A stretch of DNA of 64,000 nt, taken from NCBI GenBank assembly GCA_951406725.2, contig OX597838.1:868001-932000 (forward strand), read 5' to 3'. Within the stretch, counting starts at the first letter, position 1. Each line of letters begins with the position of its first letter. Positions 13,892 through 27,727 of the stretch are shown here, one piece after another. A program made the translations under genes and the position numbers. The notes beneath the pieces are model-generated. The model saw only the letters and a list, made by a program, of their open reading frames with translations. It ran no database searches and was not told the DNA's origin. Origin of the DNA: Octopus vulgaris (taxonomy: Eukaryota).

Positions 13892-15126
13892 TATAGGGTG
13901 CCGAAAGACATATATGGTAATTTCATAAAGCAACTCCAGTCTAGTAAAATAAAGATAAGGAAGCAACGGTTTGTTAGCCTCTTCAAATAAACCGAATGAT
14001 TTTAATTTCTTTATCTTCCTTGTGACAGATAAAATGCTGACACAAGAAATTAAAACACATTCAGCCATTATTGCCATACGAGCGCGGAATGCAACGATTT
14101 AGAGATTGCCAACTTTCTGAATATTTCAAAGTCTTTTTGTATGCAGACTTCGGATGGAATTGGTCAGAATGTTTTCACGAAAGACAAAGAAGAAACATTC
14201 CAAACGTTCGGAGAGTTTAAGGACACCGCATTTCATCCAACACGTTCAAAACATTATTGATGATAATCTTGGAGGATCCACGTGGGTCACAACCAAAGAG
14301 CTTCAGGTGTCGAAGTGGACTCTCAGAACTGTGGTGCACAAAGACATTTAATACAAGTCGTATGTGCCGAAGACAGACCAATTCTTTGTCCGCAAAGATA
14401 CAGGATAATTGTTTGATCCACGGTTTGGTTCTTCTCTGCTGAGAAATCTTTGGCCAAGACCAAAAGACTAACAGGAAAAGTAACAGAAGGTTGAGTGCAG
14501 ACCATTCTAATGTTCCCAGAGTGGCACACAAAGTATACAGCAATGGTTTTGGGAGCGGTGGAGATCATGACGTGCTACCTCACATTATTTTTGCTCAAAG
14601 TCTTTGAACTGAGGCTGCCGAATACTTTGGGGGTCCTGCAGACAGTTGTTAATCCCTGGATGAATGAATTGCGCAGTGGAAGACCATACGTGTTTCAATG
14701 AGACTCAGCATCTTCTCACAAAACCCACGCAGACCAAGAACGGATGTGAAACAATCTTTAGGATTTTGTAACACCAAACCCGAATCCGCCAAAACTAACC
14801 ACATTTAATTGCCGTGGACTTCTGTGTTTGGAACGTTGTTCAAAGGGAAACGAATCGACATCTTCAGTGAAGGTCACGATTGTGCAGGGCATGTCCGAAA
14901 TGAATAAGGACTATTTAGGATCGACATGTCAGTGATTCAAGTCCTGCATTGAAGCAAGTCATCGAAGCTGAAGCCGGAGTCACAGAATAATGCCAAAATA
15001 AAATAAAAACTTACTGAGAGCCAGGACACCAATTTCTATTAAAATGTCTTTTAGTTTTCGCACGATTCGAGTTGTTTTATTAAATTAGAAAATATATCCT
15101 CAAATACTCCACCCCGCAACCTGGTC
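13892..15126 (+). mobile_element. Decayed Tc1/mariner-superfamily transposon (maT/DD37D-like)
   Basis: Starts TA+(C/T)AGGGTG. Translation MLTQEIK...DLEIANFLNISKS...RTPHFIQHVQNIIDDN...GRPYVFQ*DSASSH...DFCVWNVVQRETN is a near-full but stop-ridden transposase. Confidence 0.85.
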
Positions 15127-15267
15127 ACACACACACACACGTGTGTGTATACATAAACATATGTGTGTGTGTGCATACATATACATAAATATATGTATAT
15201 ACATATATACACATACATATTAGTTGCATACATAAACATACATATATATATTCATATATACATGCAT

Positions 15268-15364
<97 letters not shown>

Positions 15365-15682
15365 TATGTGTGTGTAAGTATGCATATATAATTCATTTGG
15401 GGAAATAAAGACCCTAATGACTCTCGAGGCTGACACATAATGTTATAAATAATATCATGCAAAACTTGGGTTGGGAAACCCCTCGGGATAAAAAGTCTCC
15501 CTTGGGCAGCCTCCGACATTTTTTCCTTTCAAAGGATTTGTCTATCCAATATTTCTATGCTGTTGTTTAAAGGCCTTTGATATGATTCAACATCCACCGT
15601 TTCAAAACAGAATTACTTCACGTTCTCACGAAAGTTTATAAAATTCTTATGACGTCAACAAAGATATGCATGGGTATATGTG

Positions 15683-15722
<40 letters not shown>

Positions 15723-15726
<4 letters not shown>

Positions 15727-16223
15727 GGGTTATTCAAAAAGAAGAGCGCATTTCAAATTTATTTTTAAATCAAACGGTAAGAGACACAAACACATTCTAC
15801 ATATTTCTTGACAGGGGAAGGTTTAAGCTTTAAAATAATATTTTAATTTTGCTCATTTTATTTAAAGTTGTATAATTTTCATTTGTGTAATTCCTTAGAA
15901 AATGGCGATGCCACAAGAAAAGTCTTTTTGTGTGCTGCAGTTTGAGAAATGCGAATCGATTGTGCAAGTGCAATGTGAATTTCGCCGCCAATTCAATAAA
16001 AATCGTTAAAAATCAAATTTACGAATGGCAGGAAAATTTCACAGAAAACGGTTGCATTTGTAGAGGAAAAAGCACAGGTGTTCGTGGTGCTCACGTTGAG
16101 TGCATACGACCTTAAAATGAACTTTAAACCTTCCTCTGTCAAGAAATATGAAGAATGTGTTTGTGTCTCTGACCGTTTGTATTAAAAATAAATTTAAAAT
16201 CTTCCTTTTTGAATAACCCTATA
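15723..16223 (+). mobile_element. Non-autonomous Tc1/mariner deletion derivative with ~110-bp TIRs, retaining only the transposase N-terminal HTH
   Basis: TACAGGGTTATTCAAAAAG... / ...CTTTTTGAATAACCCTATA long TIRs. From 15902: MAMPQEKSFCVLQFEKCESIVQVQCEFRRQF...WQENFTENGCICRGKSTG (DUF4817-type HTH). Confidence 0.9.
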
Positions 16224-16521
16224 TATATATATATATATGTAGAAGGTTGAAAAGGACATACGAATTGATATATATGGAAAAAAAGTCAAGGTAGAAAATG
16301 CTAAAATAATTTTATAAAAAACATTTCAGAACCGGTTTCAATCATTGAAACTTTTTCAATTGTAATTATGGAAAACAATTAAATTTTGGAAAAATTAAAT
16401 GAAAAGTTTTTAAAAGAATATTTGCATAGTATTCAAATACAAGGGACATTTTCCTTCTTTCTGCTGGTCTCTGTCTCTCTTGTTTACACTTGTGGGTTCG
16501 AGGTCGTTGTGATTTCTTGGC

Positions 16522-16620
16522 AGAGAAGAAGAAGAAAAAGAAGAAGAAGAAGAAGAAGAAGAAGAAGAAGAAGAAGAAGAAGAAGAAAAAGAAGAAGAAG
16601 AAGAAGGAGGAGGAGGAGGA
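16522..16620. repeat. (GAA)n/(GGA)n microsatellite
   Basis: Visible. Confidence 0.95.
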
Positions 16621-17189
16621 AACAAAACAGGAAAGTGGCAATGTTTAGGGTTTTATTTATTTTCCGTTCCACGTATTTCATTTACAAATAAGAAATTCTT
16701 GCCATGTCTATTTAAAATGTAAATCTTTGTAATTCCTATTAGCAAGTGCAACCCGTGTAATGGCGAACAACCGATACCAAAAAAATTCCACTTCCCTGTT
16801 TCGTTATGCGATAATTCTGCAAAAAATATTTCCATAATTCTCAATTTTAATATGTATTTTGACTAACATACAGCAGCAACTATGGATACTTCTTGATTGC
16901 AAAAATGGAATAAGCTTCAAGAGGAAACAGCCGGGATTTACTCTAACAACCTGTTTCATATAAATATCGCATTTTGTGTAATAGGATCAAATCAGCATCG
17001 AACATATCGGAAATATGTTTATTGAGACAACCCCAGGTGTCTTGGCACAAAACACTGTCTATTGTCATCCAATCCGTGGATACGATTCGATCGTGTGATG
17101 TTTTTCATGCCCACAATAGTAGAATTATTTAAGCTTACGTGGATTCGTCCAAAAAGAAAAAAAAAACATATCATGGACTCCACCAGGTG

Positions 17190-17660
17190 ACGTTAGATAT
17201 AGATCGACTCATTGTTGCAAATTCACTCTTTTCGCCTTCGCACACTGAGTGAGGTGCAGACGATTCATTTTGCATCGTGGGCGAATTGAACTTACAGTTC
17301 GCCACTTCGCACTTCGGTTTCCCATTTTTGCAAATGTTTTCTTCGTTCGATTATTAAGTTATATTTTGGGTATAATATTTTTCGTCTTACTTTATAAGAA
17401 TATTTGGCGACAAAAGAGAATGGAAACTAATGCAGATCTTATTAACCTGTTGCGCACGTAACAAGAGTCCTTAGAAATGCAAAAAACTTTAGTTCCCAAG
17501 TTTATGCAATCAAATCCGACTGCTTCAAAGGTTTTCGACAAGCTTCCTACCTTTGAATACGACGAACAAAACGGACTAACTTTTGCATCCTGGTAGAACC
17601 GTTACCAAGATCTTTTTTTGTTTTTTTTTCACTGAAGCAGTGGAACTTGATGGAACTCTC
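17190..17660 (+). mobile_element. Gypsy LTR-retrotransposon 5' relic: probable LTR end, PBS and gag start
   Basis: TGGCGAC PBS-like motif at 17405-17411. ATG 17420 gives METNADLINLLRT*...KLPTFEYDEQNGLTFASW*NRYQDLF, resembling the FxYDPExGxTFxxWFxRYEDLF gag N-terminus of K02A2.6-like Gypsy elements. The LTR left boundary is uncertain. Confidence 0.7.
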
Positions 17661-18134
17661 CATTTCTCATCCCCTGTTACAATTCGATTCCAAAATGGGG
17701 GTTTGCTCATTCGTGATCAGACAATTGTTGCACATTGTTAAACCCTTGCTTTATTATACAGAGACACAGCTCATCCCTTCTCTTCTTTATACACTTACCC
17801 AGATGCTTAAGATGATCTTGCACAGTGGATCAAGCTTCATTAAACCTTCAGAATAAATTCCCGGTTCTTTGACGCCAATCCTATTCAGCTGCTATTTTCA
17901 CCTGCCTCATTACTGAGAACAATTGATCTTCCTGATCGATCCCTATTCAGCTGATTGAAATTATCTATTTTGAATTTGTTAAACCACCTTGGTATTTCCG
18001 AGAACTCACACCATCAAGATATACAGTACAAATGTTTTTCTTTGCTCAAGTTGCATTGTCGCTCTTAAGCGATTCCTAAAGCATACAAGGCTAAATATGC
18101 AGGTTACTAAAGTCCTTATCTTTTACGGACTACC

Positions 18135-18190
<56 letters not shown>

Positions 18191-18192
<2 letters not shown>

Positions 18193-18355
18193 GACAGGCT
18201 TCTTTCAGTTTCCGTCAACCAAATTCGTTCACAAGGTCTTGGCCGGCCCGGGGCTCTAGTAGAAGACACTTGTCCGTGGTGCCACGCAATGGGACTGAAC
18301 CCGTAACCATGTGGTTGGGAAGCAAACTTCTTGCCACACAGCCAAATCTCTGCCT
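18191..18355 (-). mobile_element. SINE family A, 5' half
   Basis: Reverse complement of the head (GGCTGTGTGG...GGTTCAGTCCCA, A/B-box-like) through GAAACTGAAAGAAGCC. Confidence 0.9.
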
Positions 18356-18794
18356 TTATTGCATAATAATAAAGTACAATAATAAAGAAATAAAGAACGA
18401 TCTTAAGTTAGTAATTATTGGGGGATTAAAAGAAGACGAATTCTTTAGATTTTTAAGTTAATGACTGAATAAATACTTATTAATTAAATTCAAATTAAAA
18501 TTGTTGATTAGGTCAGAGAGATATGGAGAAATTGTTCAGTTCAAGAATTGGAAAAGAATAATGTCTTTTGGAAATTAACGAGCAGAGAAAGTAGAAAGTT
18601 CTTCACGTATCTATCAGTCTCGTGGTTGGATGAATTTGATGAAATTTATTCGTTGAATGTGGCTGCGTATACCATAGATACATGTACCTTTTCTGAAATA
18701 TTTCAAAAAAATAACTGAGATAAGTCTGAGTCTCAAATTTACAGTTATATTCTACCCCCTTCCCCGCCCCCCGTCTACTCAGATTCACTGACAC

Positions 18795-18885
18795 GGCTAT
18801 TGTAAAAGCACTCGGCCACGCAATAAGTTTGAACCCAGAGCATCCTGACTGCCAAAAGGATTTCTTAACCACTCACTGACGCCTG
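18795..18885 (-). mobile_element. Diverged SINE family A head fragment
   Basis: GCCACGCAATAAGTTTGAACCCAG...TTCTTAACCACTC resembles the minus-strand head. Confidence 0.55.
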
Positions 18886-19050
18886 TGTTCACACTGACAC
18901 ATATATATGTGTCTATATACATGTATATATGCATAGATATACATATATTAAAAAAACATAAATATGCGTATAAATGTATATTTGCATGTAATACTGTGTG
19001 TGTGTATAAATGTGTGTGTGTGTGTGTGTGTACATATATCTGTATATATT

Positions 19051-19221
19051 GGTTTGAATTTTTGGCACAAGGCCAATAATTTGGAGGCGACCGTGGCTGC
19101 TCGATTGCATCCCTGTACTCAACTGCTACTTGTTTCATTGATCCAAAAGGATGAAAGGCAAAGTCTATCTCGGCAGAATTTGAACTCAGAACATAAAGAC
19201 GGACGAAATGCCACGAAGCAT
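19051..19221 (-). mobile_element. SINE family B
   Basis: Reverse complement carries GAGTTCAAATTCTGCCGAG (B box) and CTTTGCCTTTCATCCTTT, shared with other family B copies. Confidence 0.85.
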
Positions 19222-19269
19222 ATATCTATATCTATATATATAATAAAACGAATGGTTTACACCTGGTAG

Positions 19270-19600
19270 CCGTATGTTTACATCGGGAAGACAGTTGATT
19301 CATTTAAGAATCATTGTCGCTAGCTTCAAGACAATCAGTAAGAGACATTCAACATCGTTGGCAGATTTTGTATGGCGACTGAAGGAGGATAAAATGAAGT
19401 ACAGCATTAATTGATCCATAGTAAGGTACGCGAAACCATACAATATAATTTCCAGGAGATGCCATCTCTGCTCCAAAGAATTTCTGTCTATTCTGTGGAG
19501 TAACGGGAAGATCATTAATAGAATTTCTGAACGACTCTCGAGATGCCTACGCGCAAATAAATGTACTTTCACACAATGCAGTGGGAATGAATTTGAGTAA
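19270..19600 (+). mobile_element. Penelope-like element, GIY-YIG endonuclease C-terminal relic
   Basis: YIGKTVDSFK / STSLADFVWRLKEDKMKYSIN*SIVRYAKPYNIISRRCHLCSKE...INRISERLSRC matches the PLE endonuclease tail pattern YIG...STxLSxxIWxLK...CxLCxxE...NKRSE..SKC. Confidence 0.8.
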
Positions 19601-19622
19601 ATGTTAACATGATTTACTTTTA

Positions 19623-19698
<76 letters not shown>

Positions 19699-19699
19699 G

Positions 19700-19964
<265 letters not shown>

Positions 19965-20330
19965 ATACACACATATATATATCTATGTATGTCTGCATGT
20001 ATGTATACGTATGCATGTATATACGTATGTGTATGTATGTATGTAACATATACGGTATATATACGGTCGTGTGCGAAGAGATAAAGTTATACAGCATCGA
20101 GATAGGGAAATTAATTGCTGGTCAATGCAGCGTTTATCGTGGCTATTTGTAATCTATTTGTGAAATAATGGCTGAGCATATCCCGGCAGGCATTGCTGCT
20201 ATTGACGGAAACGAAACATTTGAGACGCGCTGACGTGAACAAGATGGCGATGATAAGGGAAATAACTAATTAGATAGATAGCGCAGTGTAGCGTGACGCA
20301 CGCATGCGCACAGCCTATATCTATATCTAT

Positions 20331-20369
<39 letters not shown>

Positions 20370-20609
20370 ATATATACAGTACGTTGCACATATTCAGCGA
20401 GAGACACACACACACATAAGTACGTAAATGTTTATATTGATCTTAGTTTATGATTATATATACGTGTGTATGTGTGTGTGTATGTGTGTGTGTGTGTGTG
20501 TGTGTATGTGTGTGTGTGTATGCGTATGTGCGTTTGTCTGCGCGCGCACACAATGGTAGAAACACTAATTATTACACAAACTTACACACGTACGCACGCA
20601 TATATATAT

Positions 20610-20777
<168 letters not shown>

Positions 20778-21335
20778 ATGTATATGCACACACTCGTCTG
20801 GGAAAATAAAAGAGAAATGGGAATAGAGAGAAAGAAAAGAGGGAGATAGAAGGGAAGAAGAGAGAGAGAGAAAGAGTAAGAATCGAGAGAATGAGAGGGA
20901 AGCAATGTGATGGATATAGCTCTACACACACACACACATACACACACACACACATACACATATACATACATATTTGTGGATGTACGCATATGTGTGTGTG
21001 TGTGTGAATTTATATTTTTAATGTACATACTCATATGTTGTTTTCCATTTACTACCCTCAGTCCTTGGATGCGGCCAGACTGGAGCCCTGACTTCAAGAT
21101 TGCTGTTGTTTATATGAACCTCAGAAGAATAAAAAAAATGAAACTGTCGATAATGGAGTGGGTGGGGTGGGGGTTATGTTACATCATAAACACAGAGATC
21201 AAAAGTCGATTCATCTTCATCTCTCCACTTTACCATATATGGTAATGCATATGTATGTATGTATGTATGTATATAAACTTATTGGAAATGGATGCGTCGC
21301 GTTCAATTAAATAATAAATAATCAATAAATATATC

Positions 21336-21392
<57 letters not shown>

Positions 21393-21699
21393 TACACACA
21401 TGTGTGTATGTATGTATGCATGTGTGTATGTATCTATATATGTATGTATGTATTTATGTATGTGTGTACATAGCATATATGATGACTGCAACTCGATTCC
21501 AGGCGATGGCATGGCTGGATTGCTCTCTTAAATATGAGCAACACGGATGTTGTTAGGTGTTTCTGCTCTTTTGTACAGATGTGGTAACGATGGGCGCCTC
21601 TCGGGTGTTCAGGGAGCTTAACAGGTAAACTAACGCATGTCTTCATTCTATCATGGAATTTTACATCGAATACTTGGCCTCATTCAACTATACTCAGCC

Positions 21700-22105
21700 A
21701 GAATAAAGGTGTTTAAAATCAAGCGGTACCTGAAGCCTTTTAAAGTGAGGAATGGCCTTGCGCAGGGCCAAACCTGCTCTCTAACCATGGCTTGAATTTG
21801 CCCAAAATAAAGAACTAAGCTCCATCATTGGAGGCACAGCAAGTCGCAGATGTGACATCAATCAACCATAGTGCTACTTGTAACATGCAATCCAGTGGAA
21901 TCTGCCGCATGGTTGGGCCATCGGCTACTAAACCGGCAACCCCATGAAGACTGCTTCGTAAGGAAGGGGTTTACGCAGGTAACTCTGCATGAGGAAAAAG
22001 AAAACCTGGCAATTGTCAGTAGAGTCAAAGACCATCCAAACATCTAAGAGTGAAAGATCCCTAGTCTTTGTTTAAACATGTCTCTAGGAGAAGGAAAACT
22101 CTGAT
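21700..22105 (+). mobile_element. Possible RTE-derived fragments
   Basis: PFKVRNGLAQG resembles the RT GxxQG motif; CTAGGAGAAGGAAAACTCTGAT resembles RTE 5'UTR sequence from memory. Weak. Confidence 0.35.
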
Positions 22106-22111
22106 ATCACA

Positions 22112-22142
<31 letters not shown>

Positions 22143-22558
22143 GCGCATACACACACACACGCGCACACACACATCGTCCCTCTGGTCCCTCGAGTAAATT
22201 TTATGAGCGTTGGATGAGAGAGACTAAACAAGTATGACTGATTGACAATGACACTGTGTGGCTCTATGTTGGTGGTCAGACGTGTGAGAGTGCGCTGTGT
22301 CAGGATAGTCTGGCGTTTTGTATTGATGGAGTTCTAAATTCCCTCCAATTTGATTGATCCCCAATCCCATTTGAGGGATCTTTTTATTTTGTTGCTCCAT
22401 ATCATTAACTTTATATATACTTTATTTATTATTTTTTATAGTTTTTGCTGAATGTTTCCCTGTTTCGCTCCGTGTAATAACCACCACCACCACCACCACC
22501 ACCAACACACGGACTTGTATTTTTCACCATGTCTTGTGTCTGTGGCGAACAAAACACA

Positions 22559-22592
<34 letters not shown>

Positions 22593-22832
22593 GATGCTGT
22601 TATTAGTGTTGTTATTGTTATAAGTTAATAGTCTGATAATGTTGTTGTTGTCGTTATTGTTGTTGTTATTGGCAATATTCTGTGTCAGGTAAACAAACTA
22701 ACACATCTGTGCTGTTATCAGCGAAACTGTTTGGTGAAACAGGAGAATGTTTGTCTAGATATGTATGTGTGTATAGATATATGTGTGTATGTGTATGTGT
22801 GTATGTGTATGTGTGTACGTATGTACATTCAC

Positions 22833-22873
<41 letters not shown>

Positions 22874-22958
22874 CCTATATATATGTATATATATATATTT
22901 GTGGTTGTACACATACTGCGCAGACGGTCATACATGCATACATACTTTCTGTGTGTGT

Positions 22959-23001
<43 letters not shown>

Positions 23002-23569
23002 TGCATACATAAACCCCTGTGTGTTTGTTCGTGAGAACATGTCTTCTAAATACAAAATGAAGCTCTCAATACTTGAAGAATCAAATTCTTCCAAGTCTGC
23101 TCTTTTGTTGTTGACCAATTTTACAGACTGAATTCTCTTTCCATCATTCGGACCCTTTTTACCTCAAACGACTCTGACTTAATTCAACGTAAATGTTAAA
23201 TATACATGTTTTTTTCAGAAGAAGAAGAAGAAGAAGAAGAAGAAGAAGAAGAATGAAATATGGATGATGTGAAAACAGGAGGGTTTAGCAAGGAGCATCC
23301 TATCACCCATCCTTAAACCACGTCTTCGTTTCCCAACTTCATTCCACACTTATCAAAACTTTCTGCCCTTTTGTCTTCCCCTCCAGTAGAGTTTTGTGTG
23401 TTTCATTCGCTCTCTCATTCTTTTTATTCTTTAATTTTTTTCTTTCTTTATTCGTTTGTTTACCTTTATTTATGTGCAAACATTTTGACACTTTTTCCTT
23501 GGTACATAAGGGTATATTGGTACATAAGGGAATATATTAATATACACTTCAACAAAACAGGCAAATTTC

Positions 23570-23743
23570 TTAACGGCATTTCGTTCGTCTTTACATTTTC
23601 TCAGTTCAAATGCTACCGCGGTCGACTGTGTCTTTCATCCTTTGAGAGTTGATAAAATAAATGCCAGTTGAATGCTGGGGTCGAATTAAACAACTTACTC
23701 CTTCTCCCCAACTTGCTAGACTTACTGCTAAAATTTGAAACCA
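23570..23743 (+). mobile_element. SINE family B
   Basis: AGTTCAAATG...GGTCGAC...CTTTCATCCTTTGAGAGTTGATAAAATAA...CTGGGGTCGA. Confidence 0.85.
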
Positions 23744-23984
23744 ATATCGTTTTCTAGGTGCGTATAGGGATATTTGTGAATTATAAGTATATGAGTTACA
23801 ATGAATAATCTGTATGGTTGTATCTCAATATTTAGATGTATTTGTCGATTCAGTACATATGGACATAGTATTAGCTATCTAGTCAGGATAATCCTTAGAA
23901 TACCAATATAAGAAGCTTTTGTATTGTGGGAGGTACTATCACTTATGATTTGAAACAATACTAACGGAAAGAATATTGATCAAG

Positions 23985-24315
23985 ACTTCAGACCAGACAT
24001 AGTGATTGTGGATTGCGAGAGAAAAAAATGTATACAGTAGTTGAAATCAATTGCCCGGCAGATGTTAATATAAGGTTAATGATTTGTGATAAAGAAAACA
24101 TCGATGTCGAATTAATGAGAATAATGCAATTACTCCACCTTGAATATGGCTTTAAGTTTATACATGTAATTATTTCGACACATAGATGCGTAAGTAACTA
24201 CTTTAGTACCAATGTGGAGAAGCTGGGCTTCACAACTCTAGAAAGGACGCACCTAATTAGAATATTACAGCTACGAAATGTCAGTGGAACCCTGAAAATG
24301 TGCCAAACATTCGTA
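23985..24315 (+). mobile_element. Non-LTR retrotransposon 3' relic with restriction-like endonuclease (R4/Dong-type)
   Basis: RPDIVIVD...TVVEINCPADVNI...KENI...VEKLGF...ILQLRNVSGTLKMCQTF matches the PD..D/E RLE tail of R4-like elements. Confidence 0.8.
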
Positions 24316-24365
24316 GTTCAGTATGCAACGAGACAAAACATATATATTGACATATATATATATAT

Positions 24366-24530
24366 ACGACGGGCTTCTTTCAGTTTCCGTCAATGAAATC
24401 CACTCACAAGGCTTTGGTCGGCCAGAGGCTATAGTAGAAGACGCTTGCGCAAGGTGCCACGCAGTGGGACTGAACCCGGAACCATGTGGTTGGTTAGCAA
24501 GCTACTTACCACACAGCCACTCCTGCGCCT
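24366..24530 (-). mobile_element. SINE family A, 5' half (well-preserved copy)
   Basis: Reverse complement: AGGCGCAGGAGTGGCTGTGTGGTAAGTAGCTTGCTAACCAACCACATGGTTCCGGGTTCAGTCCCACTGCGTGGCACCTTGCGCAAG... Confidence 0.92.
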
Positions 24531-24647
<117 letters not shown>

Positions 24648-25584
24648 TGTGTGTGTGTATTGGGATGGTCATTTTGTTGTTCTTGCCAAATAAAACACGC
24701 ACTATATATTCGTCCTTTACTTGTTTATTGTTGTTCTTATTTTATCTATCCATTGTCTGCGTTGAAGAGGTCACAGGATGTGTGACAAACGATTTCCTGA
24801 CAAAGGGCGTAAAATAAGAATAATAGACAAATGAAGAAAGAATATATAATACGTTGTTTTTATTTGGCAAGAAAAAATATTACCGAAAAATAACAAATCT
24901 CTGTTTCAGTACACGATTTCATACATTAAGAATCTTAGAAATCGTGAAAAGAGGGGGGAAAGTGTTTCTCTTCATGCTCACTTTCCCTCCTCTTTTCACT
25001 TCACTGTGTCCCTGTCATTTTTCTCCCCACTCCTTATTTCTTCTGTCCCTCTGCCTCTCCCTTCTCTCTTCTCTCCCCACGTATTTGGCCAAGCCTGATC
25101 TTTCTTTCTTGGTTCGGCCATCGTCCGTGCAATATCTATATTCCTCCATGTGCCTGTGAAGTCTTGTATCCCTGCCGTAAGGCTTTACTTCCACACACGC
25201 CAGCTTAATTTAATTCGTCCTTAGTCGAAAGACACCTGTTGTTATGTCCTGTTATTTGTATTTGTGTAACATTCTCCGTTTTTTTCCGTCTTTGTTTTCG
25301 TATACATTCGCTGCTTTCTTCCAAGGAATCTAATGCTCTTAGCTTAGTTTTTCTTTGTGGCTGGCCAGATTGGAGCAATCTCGAATATAACCAGCCGAAA
25401 TTGGAAAGGTAATCTGGAACTCGACTGAGGAAAGAAAATTCCGAATGACCCGTCCATGTTTTCTTTGTATCGTCTATCTGGATATTTTGTTGTCCCTTTT
25501 TTTTATCATCTAACTCCCCGGATATTTTGCGTTCTTGTCCCCTTTTGTGTGTATATACACACACACACACACACACACATACAG

Positions 25585-25648
<64 letters not shown>

Positions 25649-25652
<4 letters not shown>

Positions 25653-26076
25653 AGGCGTAACAGTGTCGTAAGAAGTTTGCTTCTCAACCACATGTTTGCA
25701 GGTTCAGTCCCACTTCGTGACATCTTGGGCTAGTGTCTTCAAGCTGAACGAAGCCTTATCAGTAAATTTGGTTGACGCAAATTGAAAGAAACCCGTTGTA
25801 TACGTGTGTGTTTGTGTGCGTGTGTATGTGTGTGTGTGTATGTGTGTGTGTGTGTGCGTGCGTGTGCGTCTTTGTGTCTCTGTTTGTTCCCCACTACTTG
25901 ACAACCGGTGTGGATATGTTTACGTCCACGCAACTTAACGGTTCGGTAAAAGTTACCGATAGAATAATTACCAGAGTTTACAAAATCAAAAAATGATAAG
26001 TGCCGGAGTTGATTCGTTCGACAAAAATTCTTCAAGGTGGTGCCCCAGCATGGCCGCAGTCTAATGACTAAGAAAC
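25649..26076 (+). mobile_element. SINE family A, full bipartite copy (head + internal (TG)n + 3' domain)
   Basis: Head 25649-25800, microsatellite, then TTGACAACCGGTG...CCCCAGCATGGCCGCAGTC tail shared with 46622-46830 and 52930-53152. Confidence 0.9.
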
Positions 26077-26374
26077 TTGCACACACACAAACATATACAT
26101 ATATATATATATATACACACACGCGTGCGCATTTATATATTGCAACAAAATATCTAACTCGTTCAGAACGCTTATAACAACCGACCCCCACCCCGACCCC
26201 GCACCGTCCTCACCATTTCCATCCCCACCACCCACCACCAGTGCCGCCACCATCTTTATTCCTCCTATCACAACTGAACGTGAACTGGCATAAATATATT
26301 GTATCAATGTTTTATTTAATTAAATCACTGAAACACTGGCTTCATAATTGATTTAACTGTCTATACACTCCCTG

Positions 26375-26422
<48 letters not shown>

Positions 26423-26558
26423 TTATCTCCAGTTGTACCCCGTAACCCTTAATTTGTGGTTCAGTTTTGTATCGTAGGGGACACAATCAACCCGATCCCT
26501 TCTCTTTAAATCTGAACCTTTGTGTTAGTCTGCTTTGCCTCCCAACCTTCTATATACG

Positions 26559-26602
<44 letters not shown>

Positions 26603-26606
26603 CACG

Positions 26607-26647
<41 letters not shown>

Positions 26648-27554
26648 ACACACAAACAAATATATTTAGACCCCCGTACACACAATAACTGTTATTGCAT
26701 CAAATGGTGTTATGGATAATTATATATGCATATCACAGTCTCACAGCCTCGACTACAAAATATTGACTTTGCTGAGGCAAATGTAAGCAAATGACCGTCG
26801 TTTGTTCGGTGGACACAAAAAAAATGGGATTAACTTCATCAGATTTCAAATACAATTGGATCTGTGTTAAGAAGTTACGCACACATATACATACACGCAC
26901 GCAGACACACAGACACTCGCGCACACGCACCCACACACACATGCACACACATTTAATATCTACCAGACACAGACACACCCCTTCTCTACTCGCGGAAGAG
27001 ATAGCGACAGTCATTAAATTTAGCTTAACACATATTTTTAATTATCCTCAGATGTTGATCGGTGTATAACATTTAATTATGCAAATCAGGGAAACTGATT
27101 CGAAGTCAACGAATTTAGTGGCTGCAAAGTGTTATAAGGGCTGCATAGATTCTGCTGTAAACGGAAGAAGAAGCAGATATCTGGCATCTGAAGAAGAAGT
27201 CAACGCGATTTGAAACCTGATCAAAATAAATGTCTTCTTTTCTACGTGGAACAGATAACAAGTGTCATTTGTTTATATCTCAGCCTCACCGTGTCTGCTG
27301 AAAAGAGAAATTTACTTTAGTAAACTGTGGCCTCCTGTACTAAGGACGTGTGATTGGAATGTCAGAGGAAAGGATCGCAAACAGATTTCTCCAAGCCGAG
27401 CCATCCAACAAAGACAGAAATGGTTGGATAATATCCATAGTTTCAGAGGTCACGCTTCTGACGGTTGCTTTTGATAGGACCCTACGGAGGTGGTGTCTGA
27501 GGGCTCCCAGAAATAGGGGGCGGAGAGGATGAATGAATGATATATATATATATA

Positions 27555-27727
27555 TTCTCCACAACACACATTTTTTTCTCTCCTTGTTTTTTTCTGTGTT
27601 CCTTTCTGTGGAAGAGCGTAGGCTCGAAACATTAAAGACTTTTTCAGTTCTCGAGCGTTATACTAATACATCTGTTTTTTTCTACACCACATGTCATCGT
27701 CTTTTGTTTTATCGTGAATTCTCCCTA
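27555..27727 (+). mobile_element. Short Penelope pLTR-like repeat with hammerhead-like motif
   Basis: Homologous to 48385-48560; contains CTTT-CTGTGGA-AGAGC-GTAG-GCTC-GAAACATT-AAAG. Confidence 0.6.

Noticed and set aside
19412-19417. In-frame TGA in the Penelope endonuclease relic as possible selenocysteine
   Set aside because: It falls at a position normally Trp (TGG>TGA) in a frameshifted relic.
24440-24530. tRNA gene calls at SINE heads
   Set aside because: A/B-box-like motifs only, no full cloverleaf, and always fused to the SINE body.
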